NCBI GenBank assembly: GCA_964016885.1
Contig: OZ024743.1
Span: forward strand, 250,542,001 to 250,606,000
Length of the DNA: 64,000 bases
Source: Eledone cirrhosa
Lineage: Eukaryota
Direction of reading: 5' to 3'
Shown here: one piece after another, positions 33,601 to 48,600 of the stretch
How the letters are laid out: each line of letters begins with the position of its first letter
Position numbering within the stretch: position 1 is the stretch's first letter
Notes under the pieces: generated by a model
Told to the model about the DNA's origin: nothing
The model's database searches: none
The model's input: only the letters and a program-made list of their open reading frames with translations
Position numbers and translations under genes: made by a program

Positions 33601-36600
33601 GGTAGTGGTAGTGACAAGTGTGGTATACCTGACTAGAAGGTAGTAGTGGTAGTGACAAGTGTGGTATACCTGACTAGAAGGTAGTAGTGGTAGTGACAAG
33701 TGTGGTATACCAGACTAGAAGGTAGTAGTAGTTACAAGTGTGGTATACCAGGCTAGAAGGTAGTAGTGGTAGTGACAAGTGTGGTATACCAGACTAGAAG
33801 GTAGTGGTAGTGACAAGTGTGGTATACCAGACTAGAAGGTAGTGGTAGTGACAAGTGTGGTATACCAGACTAGAAGGTAGTAGTGGTAGTGACAAGTGTG
33901 GTATACCTGACTAGAAGGTAGTAGTGGTAATGACAAGTGTGGTATTCCAGACTAGAAGGTAGTAGTGGTAGTGACAAGTGTGGTATACCATACTAGAAGG
34001 TAGTAGTGGTAGTGACAAGTGTGGTATACCTGACTAGAAGGTAGTGGTAGTGACAAGTGTGGTATACCAGACTAGAAGGTAGTAGTGGTAGTGACAAGTG
34101 TGGTATACCATACTAGAAGGTAGTAGTGGTAGTGACAAGTGTGGTATACCATACTAGAAGGTAGTAGTGGTAGTGACAAGTGTGGTATACCAGGCTAGAA
34201 GGTAGTAGTGGTAGTGACAAGTGTGGTATACCAGACTAGAAGGTAGTAGTAGTTACAAGTGTGGTATACCAGGCTAGAAGGTAGTAGTGGTAGTGACAAG
34301 TGTGGTATACCAGACTAGAATGTAGTAGTGGTAGTGACAAGTGTGGTATACCAGATTAGAAGGTAGTGGTAGTGACAAGTGTGGTATACCAGACTAGAAG
34401 GTAGTGGTAGTGACAAGTGTGGTATACCAGGCTAGAAGGTAGTAGTGGTAGTGACAAGTGTGGTATACCAGACTAGAAGGTAGTAGTAGTGACAAGTGTG
34501 GTATACCAGACTAGAAGGTAGTGGTAGTGACAAGTGTGGTATACCAGGCTAGAAGGTAGTAGTAGTGGTGACAAGTGTGGTATACCAGACTAGAAGGTAG
34601 TAGTGGTAGTGACAAGTGTGGTATACAAGACTAGAAGGTAGTGGTAGTGACAAGTGTGGTATACCAGCCTAGAAGGTAGTAGTGGTAGTGACAAGTGTGG
34701 TATAACAGACTAGAAGGTAGTAGTGGTAGTGACAAGTGTGGTATACCAGACTAGAAGGTAGTAGTGGTAGTGACAAGTGTGGTATACCAGACTAGAAGGT
34801 GGTGGTAGTGACAAGTGTGGTCTACCAGACTAGAAGGTAGTGGTAGTGACAAGTGTGGTATACCAGGCTAGAAGGTAGTAGTGGTAGTGACAAGTGTGGT
34901 ATACCAGACTAGAAGGTAGTAGTGGTAGTGACAAGTGTGGTATACCAGACTAGAAGGTAGTGGTAGTGACAAGTGTGGTATACCAGACTAGAAGGTAGTA
35001 GTGGTAGTGACAAGTGTGGTATACCATACTAGAAGGTAGTAGTGGTAGTGACAAATGTGGTATACCAGGCTAGAAGGTAGTAGTGGTAGTGACAAGTGTG
35101 GTATACCAGACTAGAAGGTAGTAGTGGTAGTGACAAGTGTGGTATACCAGACTAGAAGGTAGTGGTAGTGACAAGTGTGGTATACCAGCCTAGAAGGTAG
35201 TAGTGGTAGTGACAAGTGTGGTATAACAGACTAGAAGGTAGTGCTAGTGACAAGTGTGGTATACCAGTCTAGAAGGTAGTGGTAGTGACAAGTGTGGTAT
35301 ACCAGACTAGAAGGTAGTGGTAGTGACAAGTGTGGTATACCAGACTATAAGGTGGTAGTGGTAGTGACAAGTGTGGTATACCAGACTGTAATGTAGTGGT
35401 GGTGACAAGTGTGGTATACCATACTAGAAGGTAGTGGTAGTGACAAGTGTGGTATACCAGACTAGAAGGTAGTGGTAGTGACAAGTGTGGTATACCAGAC
35501 TAGAAGGTAGTAGTGGTAGTGACAAGTGTGGTATACCAGACTAGAAGGTAGTGGTAGTGACAAGTGTGGTATACCAGCCTAGAAGGCAGTGGTAGTGACA
35601 AGTGTGGTATACCAGACTAGAAGGGAGTAGTGTTAGAGACAAGTGTGGTATACCAGACTAGAAGGTAGTAGTGGTAGTGACAAGTGTGGTATACCAGATT
35701 AGAAGGTAGTGGTAGTGACAAGTGTGGTATACCAGCCTAGAAGGTAGTGGTAGTGACAAGTGTGGTATACCAGACTAGGAGGTAGTGGAGGTGACAAGTG
35801 TGGTATACCAGACTAGAAGGTAGTAGTGGTAGTGACAAGTGTGGTATACCAGACTAGAAGGTAGGGGAAGTGACAAGTGTGGTATACCAGACTAGAAGAT
35901 AGTGGTGGTAGTGACAAGTGTGTTATACCAGACTAGAAGGTAGTAGTGGTAGTGACAAGTGTGGTATACCAGACTAGAAGGTAGTGGTAGTGACAAGTGT
36001 GGTATACCGGACAAGAAGGTAGTAGTGGTAGTGACAAGTGTGTTATACCAGACTATAAGGTAGTGGTGGTGACAAGTGTGGTATACCGGACTAGAAGGTA
36101 GTAGTGGTAGTGACAAGTGTGTTATACCAGGCTAGAAGGTAGTGGTGGTAGTGACAAGTGTGTTATACCAGGCTAGAAGGTAGTGGTAGTGAGAAGTGTG
36201 GTATACCAGACTAGAAGGTAGTGGTAGTGACAAGTGTGGTATACCAGAGTAGAAGGTAGTGGTAGTGACAAGTGTGGTATACCAGACTAGAAGGTAGTAG
36301 TGGTGGTGACAAGTGTGGTATACCAGACTAGAAGGTAGTGGTAGTGACAAGTCTGGTATACCAGACTAGAAGGTAGTGGTAGTGACAAGTGTGGTATACC
36401 AGACTAGAAGGTAGTAGTGGTGACAAGTGTGGTATACCAGACTAGAAGGTAGTAGTGGTAGTGACAAGTGTGGTATACCAGACTAGAAGGTAGTAGTGGT
36501 GGTGACAAGTGTGGTATACCAGACTAGAAGGTAGTGGTGGTGACAAGTGCGGTATACCAGACTAGAAGGTAGTGGTGGTGACAAGTGCGGTATACCAGAC

Positions 36601-39600
36601 TAGAAGGTAGTGGTGGTGACAAGTGCGGTATACCAGACTAGAACGTAGTAGTGGTAGTGACAAGTGTGGTATATCTGACTAGAAGGTAGTGGTAGTGACA
36701 AGTGTGGTTTACCAGACTAGAAGGTAGTAGTGGTAGTGACAAGTGTGGTATACCAGACTAGAAGGTAGTGGTAGTGACAAGTGTGGTATACCAGACTAGA
36801 AGGTAGTGGTAGTTTCAAGTGTGGTATACCAGACTAGAAGGTAGTGGTATTGACAAGTGTGGTATACCAGACTAGAAGGTAGTGGTAGTGACAAGTGTGG
36901 TATACCAGACTAGAAGGTAGTAGTGGTAGTGACAAGTGTGGTATACCAGACTAGAAGGTAGTAGTGGTAGTGACAAGTGTGGTATACCAGACTAGAAGGT
37001 AGTGGTAGTGACAAGTGTGGTATACCAGACTAGAAGGTAGTGGTAGTGACAAGTGTGGTATACCAGACTAGAAGGTAGTAGTGGTAGTGACAAGTGTGGT
37101 ATACCAGACTAGAAGGTAGTGGTAGTGACAAGTGTGGTATACCAGACTAGAAGGTAGTAGTGGTAGTGACAAGTGTGGTATACCAGACTAGAAGGTAGTG
37201 GTGGTGACAAGTGCGGTATACCAGACTAGAAGGTAGTGGTAGTGACAAGTGTGGTATACCAGAGTAGAAGGTAGTGGTAGTGACAAGTGTGGTATACCAG
37301 ACTAGAAGGTAGTAGTGGTAGTGACAAGTGTGGTATACCAGACTAGAAGGTAGTAGTGGTAGTGACAAGTGTGGTATACCTGACTAGAAGGTAGTAGTGG
37401 TAGTGACAAGTGTGGTATACCTGACTAGAAGGTAGTAGTGGTAATGACAAGTGTGGTATACCAGACTAGAAGGTAGTAGTGGTAGTGACAAGTGTGGTAT
37501 ACCAGACTAGAAGGTAGTAGTGGTAGTGACAAGTGTGGTATACCTGACTAGAAGGTAGTAGTGGTAGTGACAAGTGTGGTATACCATACTAGAAGGTAGT
37601 AGTGGTAGTGACAAGTGTGGTATACCATACTAGAAGGTAGTAGTGGTAGTGACAAGTGTGGTATACCATACTAGAAGGTAGTAGTGGTAGTGACAAGTGT
37701 GGTATACCTGACTAGAAGGTAGTGGTAGTGACAAGTGTGGTATACCAGACTAGAAGGTAGTAGTGGTAGTGACAAGTGTGGTATACCATACTAGAATGTA
37801 GTGGTAGTGACAAGTGTGGTATACCAGACTAGAAGGTAGTAGTGGTAGTGACAAGTGTGGTATACCAGACTAGAAGGTAGTAGTGGTAGTGACAAGTGTG
37901 GTATACCAGGCTAGAAGGTAGTGGTAGTGACAAGTGTGGTATACCAGGCTAGAAGGTAGTAGTGGTAGTGACAAGTGTGGTATACCAGGCTAGAAGGTAG
38001 TGGTAGTGACAAGTGTGGTATACCAGGCTAGAAGGTAGTGGTAGTGACAAGTGTGGTATACCAGGCTAGAAGGTAGTAGTGGTAGTGACAAGTGTGGTAT
38101 ACCAGACTAGAAGGTAGTAGTGGTAGTGACAAGTGTGGTATACCAGACTAGAAGGTAGTGGTAGTGACAAGTGTGGTATACCTGACTAGAAGGTAGTAGT
38201 GGTAGTGACAAGTGTGGTATACCAGGCTAGAAGGTAGTAGTGGTAGTGACAAGTGTGGTATACCAGACTAGAAGGTAGTAGTAGTTACAAGTGTGGTATA
38301 CCAGGCTAGAAGGTAGTAGTGGTAGTGACAAGTGTGGTATACCAGACTAGAAGGTAGTGGTAGTGACAAGTGTGGTATACCAGACTAGAAGGTAGTGGTA
38401 GTGACAAGTGTGGTATACCAAACTAGAAGGTAGTAGTGGTAGTGACAAGTGTGGTATACCTGACTAGAAGGTAGTAGTGGTAATGACAAGTGTGGTATTC
38501 CAGACTAGAAGGTAGTAGTGGTAGTGACAAGTGTGGTATACCATACTAGAAGGTAGTAGTGGTAGTGACAAGTGTGGTACACCTGACTAGAAGGTAGTAG
38601 TGGTAATGACAAGTGTGGTATACCATACTAGAAGGTAGTAGTGGTAGTGACAAGTGTGGTATACCATACTAGAAGGTAGTAGTGGTAGTGACAAGTGTGG
38701 TATACCAGGCTAGAAGGTAGTAGTGGTAGTGACAAGTGTGGTATACCAGACTAGAAGGTAGTAGTAGTTACAAGTGTGGTATACCAGGCTAGAAGGTAGT
38801 AGTGGTAGTGACAAGTGTGGTATACCAGACTAGAATGTAGTAGTAGTGACAAGTGTGGTATACCAGACTAGAAGGTAGTGGTAGTGACAAGTGTGGTATA
38901 CCAGACTAGAAGGTAGTGGTAGTGACAAGTGTGGTATACCAGACTAGAAGGTAGTAGTGGTAGTGACAAGTGTGGTATACCAGACTAGAAGGTAGTGGTA
39001 GTGACAAGTGTGGTATACCAGCCTAGAAGGTAGTAGTGGTAGTGACATGTGTGGTATAATAGACTAGAAGGTAGTAGTGGTAGTGACAAGTGTGGTATAC
39101 CAGACTAGAAGGTAGTAGTGGTAGTGACAAGTGTTGTATACCAGACTAGAAAGTGGTGGTAGTGACAAGTGTGGTATACCAGGCTAGAAGGTAGTAGTGG
39201 TAGTGACAAGTGTGGTATACCAGACTAGAAGGTAGTAGTGGTAGTGACAAGTGTGGTATACCAGACTAGAAGGTAGTGGTAGTGACAAGTGTGGTATACC
39301 AGACTAGAAGGTAGTAGTGGTAGTGACAAGTGTGGTATACCATACTAGAAGGTAGTAGTGGTAGTGACAAGTGTGGTATACCAGGCTAGAATGTAGTAGT
39401 GGTAGTGACAAGTGTGGTATACCAGACTAGAAGGTAGTGGTAGTGACAAGTGTGGTATACCAGACTAGAAGGTAGTGGTAGTGACAAGTGTGGTATACCA
39501 GCCTAGAAGGTAGTAGTGGTAGTGACAAGTGTGGTATAACAGACTAGAAGGTAGTGCTAGTGACAAGTGTGGTATACCAGACTAGAAGGTAGTGGTAGTG

Positions 39601-42600
39601 ACAAGTGTGGTATACCAGACTAGAAGGTAGTGGTAGTGACAAGTGTGGTATACCAGACTATAAGGTAGTAGTGGTAGTGACAAGTGTGGTATACCAGACT
39701 GTAATGTAGTGGTGGTGACAAGTGTGGTATACCATACTAGAAGGTAGTGGTAGTGACAAGTGTGGTATACCAGACTAGAAGGTAGTGGTAGTGACAAGTG
39801 TGGTATACCAGACTAGAAGGTAGTAGTGGTAGTGACAAGTGTGGTATACCAGACTAGAAGGTAGTAGTGGTAGTGACAAGTGTGGTATACCATACTAGAA
39901 GGTAGTAGTGGTAGTGACAAGTGTGGTATACCAGGCTAGAAGGTAGTAGTGGTAGTGACAAGTGTGGTATACCAGACTAGAAGGTAGTAGTAGTTACAAG
40001 TGTGGTATACCAGACTAGAATGTAGTAGTAGTGACAAGTGTGGTATACCAGACTAGAAGGTAGTGGTAGTGACAAGTGTGGTATACCAGGCTAGAAGGTA
40101 GTAGTGGTAGTGACAAGTGTGGTATACCAGACTAGAAGGTAGTAGTAGTGACAAGTGTGGTATACCAGACTAGAAGGTAGTGGTAGTGACAAGTGTGGTA
40201 TACCAGGCTAGAAGGTAGTAGTGGTGACAAGTGTGGTATACCAGACTAGAAGGTAGTAGTGGTAGTGACAAGTGTGGTATACCAGACTAGAAGGTAGTGG
40301 TAGTGACAAGTGTGGTATACCAGCCTAGAAGGTAGTAGTGGTAGTGACAAGTGTGGTATAACAGACTAGAAGGTAGTAGTGGTAGTGACAAGTGTGGTAT
40401 ACCAGACTAGAAGGTAGTAGTGGTAGTGACAAGTGTGGTATACCAGACTAGAAGGTGGTGGTAGTGACAAGTGTGGTATACCAGGCTAGAAGGTAGTAGT
40501 GGTAGTGACAAGTGTGGTATACCAGACTAGAAGGTAGTAGTGGTAGTGACAAGTGTGGTATACCAGACTAGAAGGTAGTGGTAGTGACAAGTGTGGTATA
40601 CCAGACTAGAAGGTAGTAGTGGTAGTGACAAGTGTGGTATACCATACTAGAAGGTAGTAGTGGTAGTGACAAGTGTGGTATACCAGGCTAGAAGGTAGTA
40701 GTGGTAGTGACAAGTGTGGTATACCAGACTAGAAGGTAGTAGTGGTAGTGACAAGTGTGGTATACCAGACTAGAAGGTAGTGGTAGTGACAAGTGTGGTA
40801 TACCAGCCTAGAAGGTAGTAGTGGTAGTGACAAGTGTGGTATAACAGACTAGAAGGTAGTGCTAGTGACAAGTGTGGTATACCAGACTAGAAGGTAGTGG
40901 TAGTGACAAGTGTGGTATACCAGACTAGAAGGTAGTGGTAGTGACAAGTGTGGTATACCAGACTATAAGGTAGTAGTGGTAGTGACAAGTGTGGTATACC
41001 AGACTGTAATGTAGTGGTGGTGACAAGTGTGGTATACCATACTAGAAGGTAGTGGTAGTGACAAGTGTGGTATACCAGACTAGAAGGTAGTGGTAGTGAC
41101 AAGTGTGGTATACCAGACTAGAAGGTAGTGGTAGTGACAAGTGTGGTATACCAGACTATAAGGTAGTAGTGGTAGTGACAGGTTTGGTATACCAGACTAG
41201 AAGGTAGTGGTAGTGACAAGTGTGGTATACCAGACTAGAAGGTAGTGGTAGTGACAAGTGTGGTATACCAGACTAGAAGGTAGTGGTAGTGACAAGTGTG
41301 GTATACCAGACTAGAAGGTAGTAGTGGTAGTGACAAGTGTGGTATACCAGACTAGAAGGTAGTGGTAGTGACAAGTGTGGTATACCAGACTAGAAGGTAG
41401 TGGTAGTGACAAGTGTGGTACACCAGACTAGAAGGTAGTGGTAGTGACAAGTGTGGTATACCAGACTAGAAGGTAGTGGTAGTTACAAGTGTGGTATACC
41501 AGACTAGAAGGTAGTAGTAGTTACAAGTGTGGTATACCAGGCTAGAAGGTAGTAGTGGTAGTGACAAGTGTGGTATACCATACTAGAAGGTAGTGGTAGT
41601 GAGAAATGTGGTATACCAGACTAGAAGGTAGTAGTGGTAGTGACAAGTGTGGTATACCAGACTAGAAGGTAGTGGTGGTAGTGACAAGTGTGGTATACCA
41701 GACTAGAAGGTATTGGTAGTTACAAGTGTGGTATACCAGACTAGAATGTAGTAGTAGTGACAAGTGTGGTATAACAGACTAGAAGGTAGTGGTGGTAGTG
41801 ACAAGTGTGGTATACCAGACTAGAAGGTAGTAGTGGTAGTGACAAGTGTGGTATACCAGACTAGAAGGTAGTGGTAGTGACAAGTGTGGTATACCAGACT
41901 ATAAGGTGGTGGTGGTGACAAGTGTGGTATACCAGACTAGAAGGTAGTTGTGGTAGTGACAAGTGTGGTATACCAGACTAGAAGGTAGTGGTGGTAGTGA
42001 CAAGTGTGGTATACCAGACTAGAAGGTAGTGGTAGTGACAAGTGTGGTATACCAGGCTAGAAGGTAGTAGTGGTAGTGACAAGTGTGGTATACCAGACTA
42101 GAATGTAGTAGTAGTGACAAGTGTGGTATAACAGACTAGAAGGTAGTGGTGGTAGTGACAAGTGTGGTATACCAGACTAGAAGGTAGTAGTGGTAGTGAC
42201 AAGTGTGGTATACCAGACTAGAAGGTAGTGGTAGTGACAAGTGTGGTATACCAGACTATAAGGTGGTGGTGGTGACAAGTGTGGTATACCAGACTAGAAG
42301 GTAGTTGTGGTAGTGACAAGTGTGGTATACCAGACTAGAAGGTAGTGGTGGTAGTGACAAGTGTGGTATACCAGACTAGAAGGTAGTGGTAGTGACAAGT
42401 GTGGTATACCAGACTAGAAGGTAGTAGTGGTAGTGACAAGTGTGGTATACCAGACTAGAAGGTAGTGGTAGTGACAAGTGTGGTATACCAGACTAGAAGG
42501 TAGTGGTAGTGACAAGTGTCGTATACCAGCCTAGAAGGTAGTAGTGGTAGTGACAAGTGTGGTATACCAGACAAGAAGGTAGTAGTGGTAGTGACAAGTG

Positions 42601-45600
42601 TGGTATACCAGACTAGAAGGTAGTGGTGGTAGTGACAAGTGTGGTATACCAGACTAGAAGGTAGTAGTGGTAGTGACAAGTGTGGTATACCAGACTAGAA
42701 GGTAGTGGTAGTGACAAGTGTGGTATACCAGACAAGAAGGTAGTAGTGGTAGTGACAAGTGTGGTATACCAGACTAGAAGGTAGTGGTAGTGACAAGTGT
42801 GGTATACCAGACTAGAAGGCAGTGGTTGTTACAGGTGTGGTATACCAGACTAGAAGGTAGTGGTGGTGACAAGTGTGGTATACCAGACATGAAGGTAGTG
42901 GTAGTGACAAGTGTGGTATACCAGACTAGAAGGTAGTAGTGGTAGTGACAAGTGTGGTATACCAGACTAGAAGGTGGTAGTGGAGGTGACAAGTGTGATA
43001 TACCAGACTAGAAGGTGGTAGTGGTAGTGACAAGTGTGGTATACCAGACTAGAAGGTGGTAGTGGTAATGACAAGTGTGGTATACCGGACAAGAAGGTAG
43101 TAGTGGTAGTGACAAGTGTGTTATACCAGACTATAAGGTAGTGGTGGTGACAAGTGTGGTATACCGGACTAGAAGGTAGTAGTGGTAGTGACAAGTGTGT
43201 TATACCAGGCTAGAAGGTAGTGGTGGTAGTGACAAGTGTGTTATACCAGGCTAGAAGGTAGTGGTAGTGACAAGTGTGGTATACCAGACTAGAAGGTAGT
43301 GGTAGTGACAAGTGTGGTATACCAGAGTAGAAGGTAGTGGTAGTGACAAGTGTGGTATACCAGACTAGAAGGTAGTAGTGGTGGTGACAAGTGTGGTATA
43401 CCAGACTAGAAGGTAGTGGTAGTGACAAGTGTGGTATACCAGACTAGAAGGTAGTGGTAGTGACAAGTGTGGTATACCAGACTAGAAGGTAGTAGTGGTG
43501 ACAAGTGTGGTATACCAGACTAGAAGGTAGTAGTGGTAGTGACAAGTGTGGTATACCAGACTAGAAGGTAGTAGTTGTAGTGACAAGTGTGGTATACCAG
43601 ACTAGAAGGTAGTGATAGTGACAAGTGTGGTATACCAGAGTAGAAGGTAGTGGTAGTGACAAGTGTGGTATACCAGACTAGAAGGTAGTAGTGGTGGTGA
43701 CAAGTGTGGTATACCAGACTAGAAGGTAGTGGTGGTGACAAGTGTGGTATACCAGACTAGAAGGTAGTGGTAGTGACAAGTGTGATATACCAGACTATAA
43801 GGTAGTAGTGGTAGTGACAAGTGTGGTATACCAGACTAGAAGGTAGTAGTGGTAGTGACAAGTGTGGTATACCAGACTAGAAGGTAGTGGTGGTGACAAG
43901 TGTGGTATACCAGAGTAGAAGGTAGTGGTAGTGACAAGTGTGTTATACCAGACTATAAGGTAGTGGTGGTGACAAGTGTGGTATACCGGACTAGAAGGTA
44001 GTAGTGGTAGTGACAAGTGTGTTATACCAGGCTAGAAGGTAGTGGTGGTAGTGACAAGTGTGTTATACCAGGCTAGAAGGTAGTGGTAGTGAGAAGTGTG
44101 GTATACCAGACTAGAAGGTAGTGGTAGTGACAAGTGTGGTATACCAGAGTAGAAGGTAGTGGTAGTGACAAGTGTGGTATACCAGACTAGAAGGTAGTAG
44201 TGGTGGTGACAAGTGTGGTATACCAGACTAGAAGGTAGTGGTAGTGACAAGTGTGGTATACCAGACTAGAAGGTAGTGGTAGTGACAAGTGTGGTATACC
44301 AGACTAGAAGGTAGTAGTGGTGACAAGTGTGGTATACCAGACTAGAAGGTAGTAGTGGTAGTGACAAGTGTGGTATACCAGACTAGAAGGTAGTAGTTGT
44401 AGTGACAAGTGTGGTATACCAGACTAGAAGGTAGTGATAGTGACAAGTGTGGTATACCAGAGTAGAAGGTAGTGGTAGTGACAAGTGTGGTATACCAGAC
44501 TAGAAGGTAGTAGTGGTGGTGACAAGTGTGGTATACCAGACTAGAAGGTAGTGGTGGTGACAAGTGTGGTATACCAGACTAGAAGGTAGTGGTAGTGACA
44601 AGTGTGATATACCAGACTATAAGGTAGTAGTGGTAGTGACAAGTGTGGTATACCAGACTAGAAGGTAGTAGTGGTAGTGACAAGTGTGGTATACCAGACT
44701 AGAAGGTAGTGGTGGTGACAAGTGTGGTATACCAGACTAGAAGGTAGTGGTGGTGACAAGTGCGGTATACCAGACTAGAAGGTAGTGGTGGTGACAAGTG
44801 CGGTATACCAGACTAGAAGGTAGTGGTGGTGACAAGTGCGGTATACCAGACTAGAACGTAGTAGTGGTAGTGACAAGTGTGGTATATCTGACTAGAAGGT
44901 AGTGGTAGTGACAAGTGTGGTTTACCAGACTAGAAGGTAGTAGTGGTAGTGACAAGTGTGGTATACCAGACTAGAAGGTAGTGGTAGTGACAAGTGTGGT
45001 ATACCAGACTAGAAGGTAGTGGTATTGACAAGTGTGGTATACCAGACTAGAAGGTAGTGGTAGTGACAAGTGTGGTATACCAGACTAGAAGGTAGTAGTG
45101 GTAGTGACAAGTGTGGTATACCAGACTAGAAGGTAGTGGTAGTGACAAGTGTGGTATACCAGACTAGAAGGTAGTAGTGGTAGTGACAAGTGTGGTATAC
45201 CAGACTAGAAGGTAGTGGTGGTGACAAGTGCGGTATACCAGACTAGAAGGTAGTGGTGGTGACAAGTGTGGTATACCAGACTAGAAGGTAGTGGTAGTGA
45301 CAAGTGTGGTATACCAGAGTAGAAGGTAGTGGTAGTGACAAGTGTGGTATACCAGACTAGAAGGTAGTAGTGGTAGTGACAAGTGTGGTATACCAGACTA
45401 GAAGGTAGTAGTGGTAGTGACAAGTGTGGTATACCAGACTAGAAGGTAGTAGTGGTAGTGACAAGTGTGGTATACCATACTAGAAGTTAGTTGTAGTGAC
45501 AAGTGTGGTATACCATACTAGAAGGTAGTGGTATTGACAAGTGTGGTATACCTGACTAGAAGGTAGTGGTAGTGACAAGTGTGGTATACCAGAGTAGAAG

Positions 45601-48600
45601 GTAGTGGTAGTGACAAGTGTGGTATACCAGACTAGAAGGTAGTGGTAGTGACAAGTGTGGTATACCAGACTAGAAGGTAGTGGTATTGACAAGTGTGGTA
45701 TACCAGACTAGAAGGTAGTGGTAGTGACAAGTGTGGTATACCAGACTAGAAGGTAGTAGTGGTAGTGACAAGTGTGGTATACCAGACTAGAAGGTAGTAG
45801 TGGTAGTGACAAGTGTGGTATACCAGACTAGAAGGTAGTGGTAGTGACAAGTGTGGTATACCAGACTAGAAGGTAGTGGTAGTGACAAGTGTGGTATACC
45901 AGACTAGAAGGTAGTAGTGGTAGTGACAAGTGTGGTATACCAGACTAGAAGGTAGTGGTAGTGACAAGTGTGGTATACCAGACTAGAAGGTAGTAGTGGT
46001 AGTGACAAGTGTGGTATACCAGACTAGAAGGTAGTGGTGGTGACAAGTGCGGTATACCAGACTAGAAGGTAGTGGTGGTGACAAGTGTGGTATACCAGAC
46101 TAGAAGGTAGTGGTAGTGACAAGTGTGGTATACCAGAGTAGAAGGTAGTGGTAGTGACAAGTGTGGTATACCAGACTAGAAGGTAGTAGTGGTAGTGACA
46201 AGTGTGGTATACCAGACTAGAAGGTAGTAGTGGTAGTGACAAGTGTGGTATACCAGACTAGAAGGTAGTAGTGGTAGTGACAAGTGTGGTATACCATACT
46301 AGAAGGTAGTTGTAGTGACAAGTGTGGTATACCATACTAGAAGGTAGTGGTATTGACAAGTGTGGTATACCTGACTAGAAGGTAGTGGTAGTGACAAGTG
46401 TGGTATACCAGAGTAGAAGGTAGTGGTAGTGACAAGTGTGGTATACCAGGCTAGAAGGTAGTAGTGGTAGTGACAAGTGTGGTATACCAGACTAGAAGGT
46501 AGTAGTGGTAGTGACAAGTGTGGTATACCAGACTAGAAGGTGGTGGTAGTGACAAGTGTGGTCTACCAGACTAGAAGGTAGTGGTAGTGACAAGTGTGGT
46601 ATACCAGGCTAGAAGGTAGTAGTGGTAGTGACAAGTGTGGTATACCAGACTAGAAGGTAGTAGTGGTAGTGACAAGTGTGGTATACCAGACTAGAAGGTA
46701 GTGGTAGTGACAAGTGTGGTATACCAGACTAGAAGGTAGTAGTGGTAGTGACAAGTGTGGTATACCATACTAGAAGGTAGTAGTGGTAGTGACAAATGTG
46801 GTATACCAGGCTAGAAGGTAGTAGTTGTAGTGACAAGTGTGGTATACCAGACTAGAAGGTAGTAGTGGTAGTGACAAGTGTGGTATACCAGACTAGAAGG
46901 TAGTGGTAGTGACAAGTGTGGTATACCAGCCTAGAAGGTAGTAGTGGTAGTGACAAGTGTGGTATACCAGACTGTAATGTAGTGGTGGTGACAAGTGTGG
47001 TATACCATACTAGAAGGTAGTGGTAGTGACAAGTGTGGTATACCAGACTAGAAGGTAGTGGTAGTGACAAGTGTGGTATACCAGACTATAAGGTGGTAGT
47101 GGTAGTGACAAGTGTGGTATACCAGACTGTAATGTAGTGGTGGTGACAAGTGTGGTATACCATACTAGAAGGTAGTGGTAGTGACAAGTGTGGTATACCA
47201 GACTAGAAGGTAGTGGTAGTGACAAGTGTGGTATACCAGACTAGAAGGTAGTAGTGGTAGTGACAAGTGTGGTATACCAGACTAGAAGGTAGTGGTAGTG
47301 ACAAGTGTGGTATACCAGCCTAGAAGGCAGTGGTAGTGACAAGTGTGGTATAACAGACTAGAAGGTAGTAGTGGTAGAGACAAGTGTGGTATACCAGACT
47401 AGAAGGTAGTAGTGGTAGTGACAAGTGTGGTATACCAGATTAGAAGGTAGTGGTAGTGACAAGTGTGGTATACCAGCCTAGAAGGTAGTGGTAGTGACAA
47501 GTGTGGTATACCAGACTAGGAGGTAGTGGAGGTGACAAGTGTGGTATACCAGACTAGAAGGTAGTAGTGGTAGTGACAAGTGTGGTATACCAGACTAGAA
47601 GGTAGGGGAAGTGACAAGTGTGGTATACCAGACTAGAAGGTAGTAGTGGTAGTGACAAGTGTGGTATACCAGACTAGAAGGTAGTGGTAGTGACAAGTGT
47701 GGTATACCGGACAAGAAGGTAGTAGTGGTAGTGACAAGTGTGTTATACCAGACTATAAGGTAGTGGTGGTGACAAGTGTGGTATACCGGACTAGAAGGTA
47801 GTAGTGGTAGTGACAAGTGTGTTATACCAGGCTAGAAGGTAGTGGTGGTAGTGACAAGTGTGTTATACCAGGCTAGAAGGTAGTGGTAGTGAGAAGTGTG
47901 GTATACCAGACTAGAAGGTAGTGGTAGTGACAAGTGTGGTATACCAGAGTAGAAGGTAGTGGTAGTGACAAGTGTGGTATACCAGACTAGAAGGTAGTAG
48001 TGGTGGTGACAAGTGTGGTATACCAGACTAGAAGGTAGTGGTAGTGACAAGTCTGGTATACCAGACTAGAAGGTAGTGGTAGTGACAAGTGTGGTATACC
48101 AGACTAGAAGGTAGTAGTCGTGACAAGTGTGGTATACCAGACTAGAAGGTAGTAGTGGTAGTGACAAGTGTGGTATACCAGACTAGAAGGTAGTAGTGGT
48201 GGTGACAAGTGTGGTATACCAGACTAGAAGGTAGTGGTGGTGACAAGTGCGGTATACCAGACTAGAAGGTAGTGGTGGTGACAAGTGCGGTATACCAGAC
48301 TAGAAGGTAGTGGTGGTGACAAGTGCGGTATACCAGACTAGAACGTAGTAGTGGTAGTGACAAGTGTGGTATATCTGACTAGAAGGTAGTGGTAGTGACA
48401 AGTGTGGTTTACCAGACTAGAAGGTAGTAGTGGTAGTGACAAGTGTGGTATACCAGACTAGAAGGTAGTGGTAGTGACAAGTGTGGTATACCAGACTAGA
48501 AGGTAGTGGTAGTTTCAAGTGTGGTATACCAGACTAGAAGGTAGTGGTATTGACAAGTGTGGTATACCAGACTAGAAGGTAGTGGTAGTGACAAGTGTGG